Positions 61,218 through 64,000 of a stretch of DNA of 64,000 nt are shown one piece after another (position 1 is the first letter of the stretch; each line of letters opens with the position of its first letter). Source of the DNA: an uncultured Clostridia bacterium (GTDB lineage Bacteria; Bacillota; Clostridia; TANB77; CAG-508); NCBI GenBank assembly GCA_934168305.1, contig CAKPNF010000002.1, positions 98,789 through 162,788 on the forward strand. Reading direction: 5' to 3'. Position numbers and translations under genes: made by a program. The notes below the pieces were generated by a model. It searched no databases, was not told the DNA's origin, and worked only from the letters and a program-made list of their open reading frames with translations.

Positions 61218-61688
61218 GTTACAATTCACAGCCTCAGAAAATTTTTGTGTATAAGTTGCCGTCTTAAGGGTTGTATATATTGGATATTGTATCCGTTTGA
61301 TTGAAGTAAAAAATAGAAAATCTTAAATAAAAAACTGAGAAATGCTCACGGGAAAAATGTATATATGTATATGATTTGAAACATTTTCTCGGTTCAATAC
61401 ACAACATAAGAATTTCTAAAATAAATTTATGGCACCCTTCCACTTAGTCCTCGCTTCGCTCGACGTGAACTCTTTCCATAAATTTATTTGAGAAATTCTA
61501 ATATTGCTCCAATCACATTCGAAAAGTTTAAAATCGTATACATATATACATTTTAAGCCTGAGAGAGGCTCCGTTTTTTATTTTAGATTTTCTTTTTGAA
61601 CGTAATGAACAGGATACAATATCCAATATATACAACCCTTAAGACGGCAACTTATACACAAAAATTTTCTGAGGCTGTGAATTGTAAC
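61218..61688. repeat. 470 bp nested-palindrome element (77 bp near-perfect terminal inverted repeats, palindromic interior, no ORF); MITE-like or structured RNA
   Basis: Positions 61218-61294 match the reverse complement of 61611-61688 at about 76/77. Inner inverted repeats are AAAATGTATATATGTATATGATTT/AAAATCGTATACATATATACATTTT and AGAATTTCTAAAATAAATTTATGG/CCATAAATTTATTTGAGAAATTCT. A terminator-like hairpin AGCCTGAGAGAGGCTCCGTTTTTTA lies at about 61558-61585. Confidence 0.7.
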
Positions 61689-61782
61689 TTTTATTATATA
61701 TAAAAATTAAAAATTCATAAAAAATGGTTGATATTTTTAATAAATTAATATAAAATCTAAAAAGGAAAAAAGGAGGAAACGA

Positions 61783-62442
61783 ATGATAACTTTAAAAGAC
61801 GTTAAGGAAAATCCAGAAGTGGATGCACTAATAAGAGGTGCACAGAAACAGCTAAATGCACTAGGTTATACGGAACACGGACACAGACATATATCAATAG
61901 TATCAAAAAGAGCAGGAGATATACTAGAAAAATTAGGATATCCAGAAAGAACAGTTGAATTAACAAGAATAGCTGGATACATGCATGACATAGGAAACTG
62001 TGTAAACAGAGTAGATCACGCACATAGTGGAGCAATACTAGCATATAACATTTTAAAAGACATGGGAATGCCAGTTGAAGAAAGAACAGAAATAATGATG
62101 GCAATAGGAAATCATGATGAAAATACAGGAAATGCAATAAGTGATATATCGGCAGCTATAATATTAGCAGATAAATCAGATGTGCATAGAGATAGAGTTG
62201 TAAATAAAAATTTGTCAACATTTGATATACATGATAGAGTAAATTATGCAGTAACGAATGCAAATTTGGACTTAGATGAAAAAGAAAGAAAAATAATTCT
62301 AGATTTAACAATTGACACAAAAATATGTCCAGTATTAGATTATTTTGAAATATTTATGGACAGAACAATGATGAGCAAATATGCTGCTAAATTTTTAAAA
62401 ATATGGTTTGAATTAATAATAAATGATACAAAACTACTATAG
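61783..62442 (+). CDS. HD-domain phosphohydrolase
   Basis: GHRHISIVSKRAG...YMHDIGN supplies the H...HD metal-binding motif. Confidence 0.75.
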   Translation: MITLKDVKENPEVDALIRGAQKQLNALGYTEHGHRHISIVSKRAGDILEKLGYPERTVELTRIAGYMHDIGNCVNRVDHAHSGAILAYNILKDMGMPVEERTEIMMAIGNHDENTGNAISDISAAIILADKSDVHRDRVVNKNLSTFDIHDRVNYAVTNANLDLDEKERKIILDLTIDTKICPVLDYFEIFMDRTMMSKYAAKFLKIWFELIINDTKLL

Positions 62443-62457
62443 TATGGAGGAAATAAA

Positions 62458-63828
62458 ATGAAAGAACAAAATAAAAAAGCGAATAACAAAAATATTAAAA
62501 ATACAATAAAAATATTAACAATTATTTTACTAATTATATTAGTATCAATGATAGGATTTTTTGGTATATATAAACAAAATAAAAACCAAATGAGTAATAT
62601 AATTAAAGATTATTCTTATGCTATGAATCTAAAAGGAGCTAGAACTATAAAACTAAAAGTAAATACAGAAGTTAGTGATGAATCAAAGAATGAAGAAAAT
62701 TACAATAAATCTAAAGAAATTATAGAAAAAAGATTAAAATCATTAAAAGTACAAGAATATAATATTAATTTGAATACAAAAACAGGAGAAATTATAGTAG
62801 AAATACCAGAAGATTCAAATACAGATACAATAGTTTCAAATTTAAACACAATTGGAAAATTTGAAATTATAGACAGTAATACAAAAGAAGTATTATTAGA
62901 CAATAGTAATATAAAATCATCTAATGTATTATACAATAATGCAACATCTGGAACAACTGTATATTTAGAGATAGAGTTTGACAAAGATGGAAAAAATAAA
63001 TTAGAAGAAATCAGTAAAACATATGTGGATTCAGAAGAAAATAACACAACTTCAGAAGAAAACAATGCAACTTCAGAAGAAAATACAGCTGAAGAGACAA
63101 AAACTGAAGACTCAACTAAAAAACAAATTACAATGAAAATAGATGATGAAGAAATAATGACAACGAGCTTTGATGAACCAATAACAACAGGAAAAATGCA
63201 ATTATCAATAGGAAAAGCAACAACAGACTCTAATACATTAAAAGGCTATATATCTCAAGCTCAAAATATTGCAACAGTATTAGATAATGGTAACTTACCA
63301 GTAGAATATGATATAGAAAAAAATCAATATATATTATCAGATATAACAGAACAACAAGTATTATATGTAGTTATTACTATAGCAATAATTGCAGTTATTG
63401 GTATAATCTTTTTAATAATAAAACATAAAGTAAACGGATTATTAGCTGGAATTTCATATATAGGTTTAACAGCCTTATATTTATTATTAATAAGATATAC
63501 AAATGTAATTATATCAATCGAATCAATATTTGGAATAACAATAGTAATGATATTAAATTATATATTTATATTTAAACTATTAGAAAATATAGAAAAAATC
63601 AGTAAAGAAAAAGCTGAAAATATAGTAAATAAAGCTATAATAGAAACATACAAAAGATTCTTTAGTAGAGTAATACCAATATGCATAATAGCAATAGTAT
63701 TTTGTTTTGTAAAATGGATACCTATGAGTAGTTTTGGAATGATATTATTCTGGGGATTAGTAATTATTGCGATTTATAACATACTAATAACAAGAAATAT
63801 ATTATATATAAAAGAAAAAAATAAATAA
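62458..63828 (+). CDS. secD: Protein translocase subunit SecD-like
   Basis: An N-terminal TM helix is followed by a periplasmic domain (MNLKGARTIKLKV, GEIIVEIPEDS) and C-terminal multi-TM helices. An insert is rich in Asn/Glu/Thr. It is followed by a secF-like start. Confidence 0.6.
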   Translation: MKEQNKKANNKNIKNTIKILTIILLIILVSMIGFFGIYKQNKNQMSNIIKDYSYAMNLKGARTIKLKVNTEVSDESKNEENYNKSKEIIEKRLKSLKVQEYNINLNTKTGEIIVEIPEDSNTDTIVSNLNTIGKFEIIDSNTKEVLLDNSNIKSSNVLYNNATSGTTVYLEIEFDKDGKNKLEEISKTYVDSEENNTTSEENNATSEENTAEETKTEDSTKKQITMKIDDEEIMTTSFDEPITTGKMQLSIGKATTDSNTLKGYISQAQNIATVLDNGNLPVEYDIEKNQYILSDITEQQVLYVVITIAIIAVIGIIFLIIKHKVNGLLAGISYIGLTALYLLLIRYTNVIISIESIFGITIVMILNYIFIFKLLENIEKISKEKAENIVNKAIIETYKRFFSRVIPICIIAIVFCFVKWIPMSSFGMILFWGLVIIAIYNILITRNILYIKEKNK

Positions 63829-63860
63829 AGAGTGACTTAAGTAAAAAGGAGGTATTAAAT

Positions 63861-64000
63861 ATGAAACAAAAAAGTACGAAAATTTTAGCAATATTAATAG
63901 CTATTATATTAATTTTGGGAACAATAATGATATTTACAAAAGGTTTAGCATTTGAACTAAAATATCAAGATAGTAAAAAAATAGAAATAAATTTAGGAAA
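63861..64000 (+). CDS. secF: Protein translocase subunit SecF-like, N-terminal fragment (runs off the 3' edge)
   Basis: An AAGGAGG RBS precedes it. The N-terminal TM helix is KILAILIAIILILGTIMIF. It lies directly after secD. Confidence 0.5.
   Translation, partial: MKQKSTKILAILIAIILILGTIMIFTKGLAFELKYQDSKKIEINLG

Overview
This is a 64 kb window of a very AT-rich chromosome (about 28% GC) from a spore-forming Firmicutes/Clostridia-type organism. Coding density is high and most genes are housekeeping. The window opens on a fabI 3' end, fabG, acpP and a fabK-like gene, followed by a minus-strand GerAC/GerAB/GerAA germinant-receptor operon, a transglutaminase-like protein, a P-loop/Asp23 fusion protein and plsC. 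Next comes a GNAT acetyltransferase flanked by direct repeats, then a tyrosine recombinase, a 400 bp gap and a tight five-gene module: a Nudix hydrolase, an AlkA-like HhH glycosylase, a degenerate deaminase-fold/SAM-methyltransferase fusion, a UDG-like protein and a DNPH1/NDT-like fusion. Downstream are typA, a trmR-like O-methyltransferase, a divergent 383-aa RelA/SpoT-domain protein on the minus strand, a U32 peptidase, ldh, a frameshifted HExxH membrane protein, queA, tgt, a WG-repeat protein, spoIIP, arsR and a cadA-type ATPase. These are followed by a GH18 hydrolase, sigH, tRNA-Thr(GGT), an orphan minus-strand gene that looks like the aGPT-Pplase / 'DNA base hypermodification' family, a threonine T-box leader and thrS, ychF, a small LPXTG protein, ligA, an NT5C-like deoxyribonucleotidase, folD and dprA. 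A tandem-repeat coiled-coil protein sits under a consensus promoter, followed by pgk-tpiA-gpmI, an orphan DUF600/YezG-type immunity protein and a NifU-like protein paired with a GGGtGRT protein. The window closes with the SPFH/NfeD pair on the minus strand, murB, a membrane-anchored YvcK-like protein, a glycogen debranching enzyme, holA, sleB, an HD phosphohydrolase and secD plus the start of secF. Three families of short palindromic intergenic repeats recur across the window, and a 470 bp nested-palindrome element with no ORF lies between sleB and the HD gene. The best candidate for an undescribed system is the recombinase-linked five-gene nucleotide/DNA-base-processing module at 11.6-15.7 kb. 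Secondary candidates are the orphan RelA/SpoT-domain (toxSAS/CapRel-like) gene and the tRNA-adjacent hypermodification-like gene.
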